From Eubacteriales bacterium (lineage in GTDB: Bacteria > Bacillota > Clostridia > Oscillospirales > CAG-272): a stretch of DNA of 64,000 bases. Both the position numbers and the translations under genes were made by a program. Positions 27,163 to 34,746 of this stretch are shown here, piece after piece. Below the pieces are notes generated by a model. That model worked only from the letters and a program-made list of their open reading frames with translations, was not told the DNA's origin and did not search any database. Within the stretch, counting starts at the first letter, position 1. Every line of letters starts with the position of its first letter. The DNA is taken from NCBI GenBank assembly GCA_045594745.1, contig JAZNZC010000153.1, forward strand, positions 4,941 through 68,940. Reading direction: 5' to 3'.

Positions 27163-29357
27163 CTGCTGTTCCTCCCTGCATTTATTCTAAAGTTATCGAG
27201 ATAATCTCGGTATAATTGATATGTTTTCTTACCTTCAAGAGCTTTTGTCATAGAAACAAATCCTGCCTCATAATCGGTAACAAGGTAAACAACCTCAATT
27301 TCGGGATGCTCGTCCAACTGATTCTTGAACTCTGCAAAAGCATTCTCGTTATTCAAAATTGCCATTTTGTTTTTAGGCAGAATGAGTATGTCAGGTATAT
27401 TTTTGTCAATCGTGGGACACTCACCGACTGCCCCCGCCTTCATCCACAAAGTAGATAACAGCTCTTTGAACTGCATACCAAGTGAAACCTTGGTTTTATC
27501 AAGAAATCCGAGTTTGAAGAAGACGGCATTTGCATGAAAGCCATCGGATCGTTTGATTTCGGCCAATTGGGGAAGTTTTTGTACTTCTTTTTTAATATAT
27601 ATTTTTTTTGAAGTGGGCTTTCCAGTCTTTTTAGAAACGATAGTATCCTCATCGTCTATTATATATTCTTCTTCGATAACACCATAATCGCCATCTAAGG
27701 GATTGCCGTTCACATCTTTGCCAAGAATACTGCAAACTGTCCGAGGCCATGTTACATATCGCGCTATACCCTTATTTTCCCATTCTTCGTCTCCTTGCTT
27801 AATACCACGTGCTTCAAATTCATTTTTTTCAGCTTCACTGATCTCATTGTTTGTTATCATTATACAACGACGTTTACCACCATCTTCCGCATTAAGAAGA
27901 TTAGTGGCGTGAAGTGTTGTACCCGAACCGGCAAAGAAATCAACAATCAAAGCATTGGGTTTGTTGGCGGTTGCATAATACAAACAATCTTTAACTGCAT
28001 ACAACGATTTTGGATAAGAAAATCTGTTTGGTGTAAGAATTGACTTTACAATGTTTGAGCCAAACCACTGAGCATCATGAGTGTGCTTGTTCCAATTCGT
28101 TGTTGGAGGGATTTCTTTGCTTTCATAATAAAATGCATTAACACTGCCATCATCGCAAATGTTTTTAATAAAGGCTTTTCCGGATTCAATGTCAGAAATT
28201 ATTCCTCCAGTTAGGTATGAGATAACATATTTCTGCGGTTTATTGGGAGTGTGTTTTCCAACTCTTATATATCCTTTATTTAAACGAGCGAGAAATTCTT
28301 CTTTCACGCATCCCCACATCATTTCCATCCCATTATCGCGAATTGGAAAAACTGCAGTACACCCAGCAGGAGCAACAACATCACACATTTTGTCCACTCC
28401 AAAAATAAGGGGATCTCCTACCGAATGGATCTTCTTTGTACTATCATCAACAAATACAGGATAGAACTGCTTTTTTGTTTTATTCCATGTGTTTGTTGGT
28501 CCAGATCTACGTAAAGTATCCCAAACCACTGGCGTATTTTGGCCTTCGCTTCCATCCAAAGCAATAGAAGCAGAACCTATTCTGACAAAGAACAAATATT
28601 CATCGGTTCGAGAAAACTCATATTTGCGTCCTGTACCTGCACGATTAATAACACTACTGACCATTTGAATATTTGCATATGAAAACATTTCTTCAAGCAA
28701 ACATCCAAGATGCAAATATTCTTTTTCATCAATTGTAACAATTAAAATAGAATCATAGGGGTTAAGCAAACGTTTGGCTATTTCTAACCGCTTTTGCATA
28801 AAAGATAACCATTTACTATGCTTATATTCATCATTTTCATCTACATATTTGTTATTATACTTCCAATCTGTTGCGCCAGAGTTATAAGGGGGATCTATAT
28901 AAATACAATCAACTTTACCCGCATAAAGATATTCGAGAAGCTGGAGCGCGTGATAATTATCCGCCTCAATAAGAGTATGCCACAGATCGCTATCGGGAGC
29001 ATTGCAAACACTATCCAACAGCTTGAGACAAGGATAGATTGCCTCGCCAAACTCGGCTGTAACAACCAGATCTTCAACGGGATATTCTATTGCTGTATTG
29101 CCGCTTTTCGGCATACACCAAGCCTTACCGTTCTCAATCTTTAATACCTTGAAGGTAGTGTTGACCGATCCAGACTTCAACGAAACGGTTGCCCCCTTCT
29201 TAACAGGAATGTCGTAAAGGGGAGTACATTCGGGCAAATGCTCCTCAAATACCAAACCGAATTTCTTCTGCTTGGCAAGCTTATTTGCCGCTTCCTGAAT
29301 CTGCGCACGAAGCTCGGGATTTTCTATTTTTGCAATCAATTCATTTAATGCTGCCAT
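27159..29357 (-). CDS. mod: Beta-class N6-adenine/N4-cytosine DNA methyltransferase, type III Mod-like
   Basis: IYIDPPYNSG (motif IV) precedes VDFFAGSGTT (motif I), which is the beta-class order typical of type III Mod. Translationally coupled to res. Confidence 0.85.
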   Translation of the reverse strand: MAALNELIAKIENPELRAQIQEAANKLAKQKKFGLVFEEHLPECTPLYDIPVKKGATVSLKSGSVNTTFKVLKIENGKAWCMPKSGNTAIEYPVEDLVVTAEFGEAIYPCLKLLDSVCNAPDSDLWHTLIEADNYHALQLLEYLYAGKVDCIYIDPPYNSGATDWKYNNKYVDENDEYKHSKWLSFMQKRLEIAKRLLNPYDSILIVTIDEKEYLHLGCLLEEMFSYANIQMVSSVINRAGTGRKYEFSRTDEYLFFVRIGSASIALDGSEGQNTPVVWDTLRRSGPTNTWNKTKKQFYPVFVDDSTKKIHSVGDPLIFGVDKMCDVVAPAGCTAVFPIRDNGMEMMWGCVKEEFLARLNKGYIRVGKHTPNKPQKYVISYLTGGIISDIESGKAFIKNICDDGSVNAFYYESKEIPPTTNWNKHTHDAQWFGSNIVKSILTPNRFSYPKSLYAVKDCLYYATANKPNALIVDFFAGSGTTLHATNLLNAEDGGKRRCIMITNNEISEAEKNEFEARGIKQGDEEWENKGIARYVTWPRTVCSILGKDVNGNPLDGDYGVIEEEYIIDDEDTIVSKKTGKPTSKKIYIKKEVQKLPQLAEIKRSDGFHANAVFFKLGFLDKTKVSLGMQFKELLSTLWMKAGAVGECPTIDKNIPDILILPKNKMAILNNENAFAEFKNQLDEHPEIEVVYLVTDYEAGFVSMTKALEGKKTYQLYRDYLDNFRINAGRNSR

Positions 29358-29652
29358 TTTTGTTTTCTCCGTTTCTCTTATCCACTAAAAATAGAAGCTG
29401 TTCGCCCAGAATATATCGAAGATCAATTTCAGTTATTTGATTTCGAGGTTTACTTACTGTTGTGGGCAACGAATTTACTTTCGCGTATATATCAGAATGA
29501 TTTCCATAATTTGATACAATTTGTCTGTTGGCAGAATCCATATCAAGCGGATTTTTCTGATACTCATTCCACGTATCCAATATATCTTTTTCCAACGGTG
29601 TAATCATCCGCTGACTTTTTAAAAATTCAATTAAAATACTTACTTTATCCAT
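29341..29652 (-). CDS. Hypothetical 103-aa protein, translationally linked to mod
   Basis: The ORF overlaps the mod start by 17 nt and lies 15 nt downstream of the ATPase gene. No motif recognised. Confidence 0.55.
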   Translation of the reverse strand: MDKVSILIEFLKSQRMITPLEKDILDTWNEYQKNPLDMDSANRQIVSNYGNHSDIYAKVNSLPTTVSKPRNQITEIDLRYILGEQLLFLVDKRNGENKNGSIK

Positions 29653-29667
29653 CTTATTTTCCCAAAC

Positions 29668-31053
29668 TCAAATCATTTTCTCATACTCAACCAGCGTTAC
29701 GTTACCCATTTCGGTTGTTTTGTCAATGCAGCCCTTGGTAAAGCCGGATTTGGCGAAGAGGTAGTAATGCACGTTCTTGTAGTGGAAGAGTTTGCTACGT
29801 TCAACGAGCAGATCGAGCACGCCGACGTCAACCTTTTCGTTTGTCCACTTGCACTCGCCAAAGAGGGCGGTGTTTTTATCGGCTTCGCCCATAATATCGA
29901 TCTCGGTCTGGGACTTAGATTTCGAATCGTTACCCCACCAACGTCCGAGAGAGGTAAACTCAATGGGACATTTGCCCGAGAGAAGCTGCTTCCAGAGATA
30001 CTGCTTGCAGATCTCCTCGAACACTCTGCCCATATACTCGGACAGATGCGGCTCGATGCGCTTATATGCGAGATCGGATGCGCCGCGCGCGATGATGGAA
30101 TTGTTTTCGGGCACGAAGCGATACCAGAAGCGGAACATATTATCCTCAACCGAATAGATCGACTTGCGGGATGCCTTTTCACCGTAGGGCGTTTCCTTTT
30201 GAACGATGCCGAGAGAGAGCAGATTTTTTAGATAGATAGAGCATACGTTGGTATCCTCGCCTACCTTGCTGGAAATCTCGGACATACGCGACGCACCCGT
30301 TGCAATAGCGGTGATGATCGCGTTATAGATCGCCGGCTCGCGCACCTCCTGCTTGAGCAGATTGGTCGTTTCCTCAAACAAGGGAGAGGTCGGGTTCAGA
30401 TAGGTATTCTTGATATTTTCCTCGATGCTGAGCTTATCGTCGATCTGCAAGAGGTATTGCGGAGTTCCGCCGACGATACCGTAAATGAGGGCTTTGTCCT
30501 CGCTGGAAGCGTTGGGGAAATAACGGCAGGTTTCCTCAAAATCGAAGGGGTTGATCTTCATCTGCGCCGTCTTTCTTCCGTAAAGAGGGGCTTTGTAGGA
30601 AAGCACGTAATCCTCCATAAAGGACATGGACGAGCCGCAAAGAATGAGCATCAGCTTGGAGGTATCCTTATATTTATCGATCAGAAGCTGGAGCGTGGAT
30701 GCAAGGCTCTTTGAGGAACGGGCAACGTAAGGATACTCGTCGATTGCAAGCACGATCCTCTCATTCTCAGCCATCTTGAAAACGTACTCCAAAGCCGCCT
30801 GGAATGAAGCGAAAGAGGTTTCAAGCGAGAACCCCGTACCGTATTCAAGTATGCTCTTTGAAAAGTTATCAAGATTTTGCTTGGCATTGCTCTCAACGCC
30901 CATAAAATATATCGCTTTTTTGTCACGAACAAACTCGTTGATCAGCGCCGTCTTACCGACACGGCGGCGACCGTAAATAACCGCAAATTCAAATTTATCC
31001 GAAGCGTACAGCCTATTCAAAGCCGTCAGCTCACGTTCTCTGCCAATAAACAT
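29668..31053 (-). CDS. ATP-binding protein: archaeal-type ATPase (ATPase_2-like) N-domain plus DUF234-type PD-(D/E)xK C-domain
   Basis: FIGRERELTALNRLY...VIYGRRRVGKTAL (Walker A), LAIDEYPY (Walker B), and C-terminal ...GRWWG...EIDIMGE...GECKW (D/ExK-like). Start placed at MFIGRE with an AGGAGG SD. Confidence 0.75.
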   Translation of the reverse strand: MFIGRERELTALNRLYASDKFEFAVIYGRRRVGKTALINEFVRDKKAIYFMGVESNAKQNLDNFSKSILEYGTGFSLETSFASFQAALEYVFKMAENERIVLAIDEYPYVARSSKSLASTLQLLIDKYKDTSKLMLILCGSSMSFMEDYVLSYKAPLYGRKTAQMKINPFDFEETCRYFPNASSEDKALIYGIVGGTPQYLLQIDDKLSIEENIKNTYLNPTSPLFEETTNLLKQEVREPAIYNAIITAIATGASRMSEISSKVGEDTNVCSIYLKNLLSLGIVQKETPYGEKASRKSIYSVEDNMFRFWYRFVPENNSIIARGASDLAYKRIEPHLSEYMGRVFEEICKQYLWKQLLSGKCPIEFTSLGRWWGNDSKSKSQTEIDIMGEADKNTALFGECKWTNEKVDVGVLDLLVERSKLFHYKNVHYYLFAKSGFTKGCIDKTTEMGNVTLVEYEKMI

Positions 31054-31153
31054 AAAAATATGCCTCCTTGTATCAGTTGACACTATTATAGCACACATTT
31101 TCAGTTTAGTCAAGTACGATTTGGTAAATTGTGATTATATATTTTTGAATTAC

Positions 31154-31200
31154 GGAACAATATTCGGAACATTGCACGTTTTCTGTTCCGCATATTGTTC
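31154..31200. promoter_or_regulatory. Imperfect 16-17-bp inverted repeat with GGAACA/TGTTCC half-sites (candidate operator)
   Basis: GGAACAATATTCGGAAC - 14 nt - GTTCCGCATATTGTTC (one mismatch), about 100 nt upstream of the ATPase operon in the divergent intergenic region. Confidence 0.4.
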
Positions 31201-31323
31201 TTTGGCACCGCTTATGAGAAAAAAGAAGACTGCCGGGAGCGCGCTCTGGTAGACGATATACCAAACTCATTTTTAACTATTTGTAAATAATGCGAAATTC
31301 AAGATAAATTCATCAAGCCACCC

Positions 31324-31351
31324 TTGTTTTTCCATACTGATATGGTATAAT
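31324..31351 (+). promoter_or_regulatory. Putative promoter of the solitary membrane-protein gene
   Basis: TTGTTT-16 nt-(TGG)TATAAT. Confidence 0.5.
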
Positions 31352-31372
31352 TAAGGTAATCTGTTAAAGAAG

Positions 31373-32218
31373 GTGATTTATGATTTGAAGAAAGTAAAAA
31401 AATCGATACAGGCAATTCTTATAACTTTTGTTGTAGGCGCTCTTGTTCCGAGAATTTTCAGTTTATCAGATTTTGGACTAGTCAATAAATTGGCTTGGAA
31501 AGGTCTGTTGGGAGCAGCTTTTGGAATTGCAACATTTCTTGTTGGCATTTTATATTCGTGCCATTTAATCTCTGGAAAAAGATCCGGAGGAAAAACACGA
31601 ATCGGAATATATATTTCTATCGTACTGATTCTATGTTGTGCTGCCCCAATGCTTGCACTTGTCGTTGCTACGATGTCTAAAATCGTTGCTGTAATTTTAG
31701 CCTTCGCAATGATGTGCGGCTTAACGTATTTGATTTGCAAGCTTATTAAATGGTTATCTAAAAAGAAACAACCCGAGGCTCGTTCTATAGGGAGCTCAGC
31801 TAAAAATCAAGAAACAAAATCACATGACAACACAAGTATAGAAAACAATATTCAAAACACGGTTGTTTCCGGTGATGTTAAATCAGAGATTATTGAATCT
31901 TGCACCATCGAAAAACCGACAATTACCGAACAATCGACCGGTGAATGTGAAGAAGTCACGGGGCTTCAACCAGCTGTAGCACATCTCGAAAACTTTGATG
32001 CTTGTTTTACCTTGTATGAGCTTGCAATGTATCACGATTTCGAATCTGGTTGTATGACGGTAACGAACGACGAGAATCCAGATTTGAAGTGGGTTAAAAT
32101 TTACAAGCCATGTTATGGCAACGGAAAGTTTTATGGATATGTAATGATGAACAATGCGCATCATTCGGTTAATGGTGAAATATTTTTTGCAAACAGACCA
32201 ATTTGGTATTTGGTATGA
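31373..32218 (+). CDS. Hypothetical membrane protein (about 4 TM helices plus a C-terminal soluble domain)
   Basis: 281-aa ORF, AT-rich, the only plus-strand gene in the island. The start is uncertain: GTG at 31373 abuts the SD, and TTG at 31385 is an alternative. Confidence 0.55.
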   Translation: MIYDLKKVKKSIQAILITFVVGALVPRIFSLSDFGLVNKLAWKGLLGAAFGIATFLVGILYSCHLISGKRSGGKTRIGIYISIVLILCCAAPMLALVVATMSKIVAVILAFAMMCGLTYLICKLIKWLSKKKQPEARSIGSSAKNQETKSHDNTSIENNIQNTVVSGDVKSEIIESCTIEKPTITEQSTGECEEVTGLQPAVAHLENFDACFTLYELAMYHDFESGCMTVTNDENPDLKWVKIYKPCYGNGKFYGYVMMNNAHHSVNGEIFFANRPIWYLV

Positions 32219-32250
32219 AGCAATAAATTACTTTCTGGATAATTTAAACG

Positions 32251-32296
32251 AAAATGGGTATGACACAAAGCGAACGCCGTGTGCCATTCCCATTTT
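32251..32296. terminator. Bidirectional terminator between convergent island genes
   Basis: AAAATGGG...CCCATTTT outer stem with inner ATGACAC/GTGTGCCAT pairing. Confidence 0.55.
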
Positions 32297-32298
32297 AT

Positions 32299-33465
32299 TT
32301 AGTTATTCAGCACTTCTTTTTCTACGAACGCAAACGAAATTTGTTTGATGATAGCATTGCTGCCTTCCATATACTTTTGCACGAACTTTGCCATCCAATC
32401 GTAACAGATGATTTCGCCAAGCACATCCGGATACAACGCTAACGCTTCCTTAAATCGTTTCAGTCTGGTAAGATCACAATCGAGAAGTGATAAAACGTGT
32501 TTCTTTCCTTCTTCTGAGGTGACCAAAGCATCGTAATCAAATCGACCACACCCAAAGGTGCGCTCCTCGTCATCAAACAACAGTTGCAAAAGCTCATCTT
32601 TCCAATTCGGTATAGTAAGGAATTTCAAAAATCGTGCACCATACTCATTTAACGGAACATAGTGAATGTAGAAAAACTGACTATCAAATCGATATTCCTT
32701 ACGGCTGATCTTCTTGGTTGATTCAATCGAGCCCATTGCGATCTCTGGTGAAACCCCGAAAATGATTGCCGAATGGATACGGTCAACGCTATACGCCGCA
32801 TTAGCCTCATAAATAAATTCAAGATTTATTCTCGCCTTCATCTCACCCTCGCCCGACCATTTCATCACGGAATCGCGTGTATTGAATACGCAATAACAAT
32901 CGTTACCGGCGAATAGCCCACCGACCATTCGTGTAAAATTCGTTTTGTTTGCCTCGCTGTCCTCTCCGCCGATCTGCTTGATTGCGCGACTTGTGAGAAA
33001 GAAAGGAGAGCCCGGGGCGATCAGGTATGCACGTCTGCCGATTTTGAGTTTGGGCAGATTATGCGGCAATACTTCGATCCCCGCGTCCATACAGACTGCC
33101 AGGGCTTCACCGACTCGGTGGTTTCGGTCAAGGTGTGATGCGTTCATCGGTAGGCTATAACCGTGAGTGATGCTTTCGTAATACTCACCCTCGCCAAGCC
33201 AAGTGAGTATGGGAAGCGCCCCTGCATAGAGGCGAATGGTTTTCGTTTTGCTTCTGCCGCAGAGATTGAATAGCTTCGGAAGCGATAACGTTTCGCCCGT
33301 CACGCTATTCTTCACCGTCAGCGGCGACAGCCCATCCTTTACCAGCTTGCGATACATACGCTTGTTGCCGAGAAGATGCAAGGATTTCACGGGATATTCA
33401 CCCGCAACGGATAATAGGCACATCAAACGATAGAGCTGACTGCCCGGTTTCATTGTTTTCATCAT
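32299..33465 (-). CDS. Hypothetical 388-aa protein (possible N-terminal winged-helix domain); function unknown
   Basis: Strong SD (AGGAGG, 8-nt spacer) and host-like composition. The N-terminus LYRLMCLLSVAGEYPVKSLHLLG looks wHTH-like. I recognise no catalytic motif. Confidence 0.6.
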   Translation of the reverse strand: MMKTMKPGSQLYRLMCLLSVAGEYPVKSLHLLGNKRMYRKLVKDGLSPLTVKNSVTGETLSLPKLFNLCGRSKTKTIRLYAGALPILTWLGEGEYYESITHGYSLPMNASHLDRNHRVGEALAVCMDAGIEVLPHNLPKLKIGRRAYLIAPGSPFFLTSRAIKQIGGEDSEANKTNFTRMVGGLFAGNDCYCVFNTRDSVMKWSGEGEMKARINLEFIYEANAAYSVDRIHSAIIFGVSPEIAMGSIESTKKISRKEYRFDSQFFYIHYVPLNEYGARFLKFLTIPNWKDELLQLLFDDEERTFGCGRFDYDALVTSEEGKKHVLSLLDCDLTRLKRFKEALALYPDVLGEIICYDWMAKFVQKYMEGSNAIIKQISFAFVEKEVLNN

Positions 33466-33653
33466 ATAGTTTTCCTCCTTATATGTAAGAATTTTTTAGA
33501 ATTGTGTCATCGGGAGAATTGCGACATGATGACTGCTCTCAATGTCGCAACGCTCCCACGAAAATCTCCCGAAAAGTCAGGTTTTATAAGGCTTTTTCGA
33601 GCTTTCGGGAGGTGTAAGAAATTTTTAGCGAAAATCGGTTGTTTTTACATCTG

Positions 33654-34358
33654 TCAGATTATGCTTTCAGGCGGATTTTCAAGCAGAAAAACGCCATTTT
33701 CGGGGAACGTAGGCTCTGCATTCTGCCACGTTTGAAAGTCCGATTTCGGTACAATATAGACCTCTGTGCGATCCTCGTCGCCTGCCGCAGTACAATAGAA
33801 ATGCTCGCAAACTCGAGGACTATCGTCAGGCAGAACGTACATCGCAACAGCATCGGTCGTCAGATTAATTTCGATGTTGTCATGATCGCGCCGCTGACGT
33901 TCCTTGAAATCCCGATTGTAAACGTGACGGTAGATCAGCACGCAATCACGGTAACGGACGATTGGCTTTCCTCGGAAGAACCGTTCAAGCGCGGGATAGA
34001 GGATTCCTCGTATGTAGTCCACAGAGCCTTTCTGCTTTTTAGGGAGCAGTGCGGGAATCTGCATACAGAACCAGCCGTCTTTCGTAAAACCGATTTTCAC
34101 AGGCACAACCTCAAGCATAGTGTCCTCAATCATTTGGAATGCGTTTGGTCTTCCGAAGTAGGCGGGCATCATACGGCAGATGAGTGTGGTACGCTCGGTT
34201 TTCTCATAGGCACGCAGAGCATACTCATAGGCGCGTTCAGCATTGTCGCTTGCAAATGCCTCCTCTGCCATAGCGAGCCAACTCAAAAACTCGGCATTTT
34301 GTTTCTTTGCTTTTCTAAGATGATCCATAAACGGATGTGTTGTTTTTGTTTGTTTCAT
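33654..34358 (-). CDS. RusA-like endodeoxyribonuclease-domain protein with an N-terminal helical extension
   Basis: The C-terminal half contains RQRRDHDNIEINLTTDAVAMYVLPDDSPRV. This parallels the RusA core as I recall it: [34 protein letters not shown] SD. Confidence 0.55.
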   Translation of the reverse strand: MKQTKTTHPFMDHLRKAKKQNAEFLSWLAMAEEAFASDNAERAYEYALRAYEKTERTTLICRMMPAYFGRPNAFQMIEDTMLEVVPVKIGFTKDGWFCMQIPALLPKKQKGSVDYIRGILYPALERFFRGKPIVRYRDCVLIYRHVYNRDFKERQRRDHDNIEINLTTDAVAMYVLPDDSPRVCEHFYCTAAGDEDRTEVYIVPKSDFQTWQNAEPTFPENGVFLLENPPESII

Positions 34359-34380
34359 AAATTTTCTCCTTTCTAAATCA

Positions 34381-34451
34381 AAAAATGGTAAAAGAAAAAG
34401 CGTGCATCAAAAGCAAAACACATAATGTGTTAAGCTCTGATACACGCTTTT
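34381..34451 (-). terminator. Long hairpin plus U-tract immediately upstream of the RusA-like gene SD (insulator terminator or leader attenuator)
   Basis: AAAAGCGTGCATCA ... TGATACACGCTTTT (one mismatch; inner AACACA/TGTGTT), followed on the minus strand by a T-rich run that reaches the SD. Confidence 0.45.
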
Positions 34452-34569
34452 AGCGTCTTATACAGATCTATTGAGTTTTGAGACAAGACTGTTTTTGTTG
34501 CATCGTTCCTTTTTCGGATGTTTTTTTCGGCACACCATTTTGCCGTGTTTTTAGGCGTTTTTTCGCCTG

Positions 34570-34589
34570 CTCCACCAAATCCTCCACCA
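34570..34589. repeat. CTCCACCA x2 (candidate arm-type sites, right end of island)
   Basis: GCTCCACCAAATCCTCCACCAAAACCG mirrors the left-end sequence TTACTCCACCATTACTCCACCAAACCG. Confidence 0.5.
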
Positions 34590-34677
34590 AAACCGCATTT
34601 ACTTGCATAAATTTTTATGGAGTTTTATGATCGAGTGGAATTTTTGAACGTCCGAAGATCCCTTGTGCCATAAGGCT

Positions 34678-34746
34678 TTATCGACTTTTATGGAGATATA
34701 TTTTAGTGCTGAAATTTGGTCGGTCATCACCGATACCAAGTTTCAT
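34678..34746 (-). pseudogene. Displaced ychF 5' remnant (MKLGI + 17 unrelated codons)
   Basis: ATG AAA CTT GGT ATC is identical to the ychF start. It then diverges and stops after 22 codons. It is preceded by its own SD and promoter. Confidence 0.7.

Noticed and set aside
34612-34746. Small plus-strand ORFs starting at the repeated TTTTATGGAG boxes (18 and 41 codons), one of them spanning the att repeat
   Set aside because: They have no SD, a hydrophobic low-information sequence and they span a recombination junction. The repeats are more plausibly protein-binding sites.
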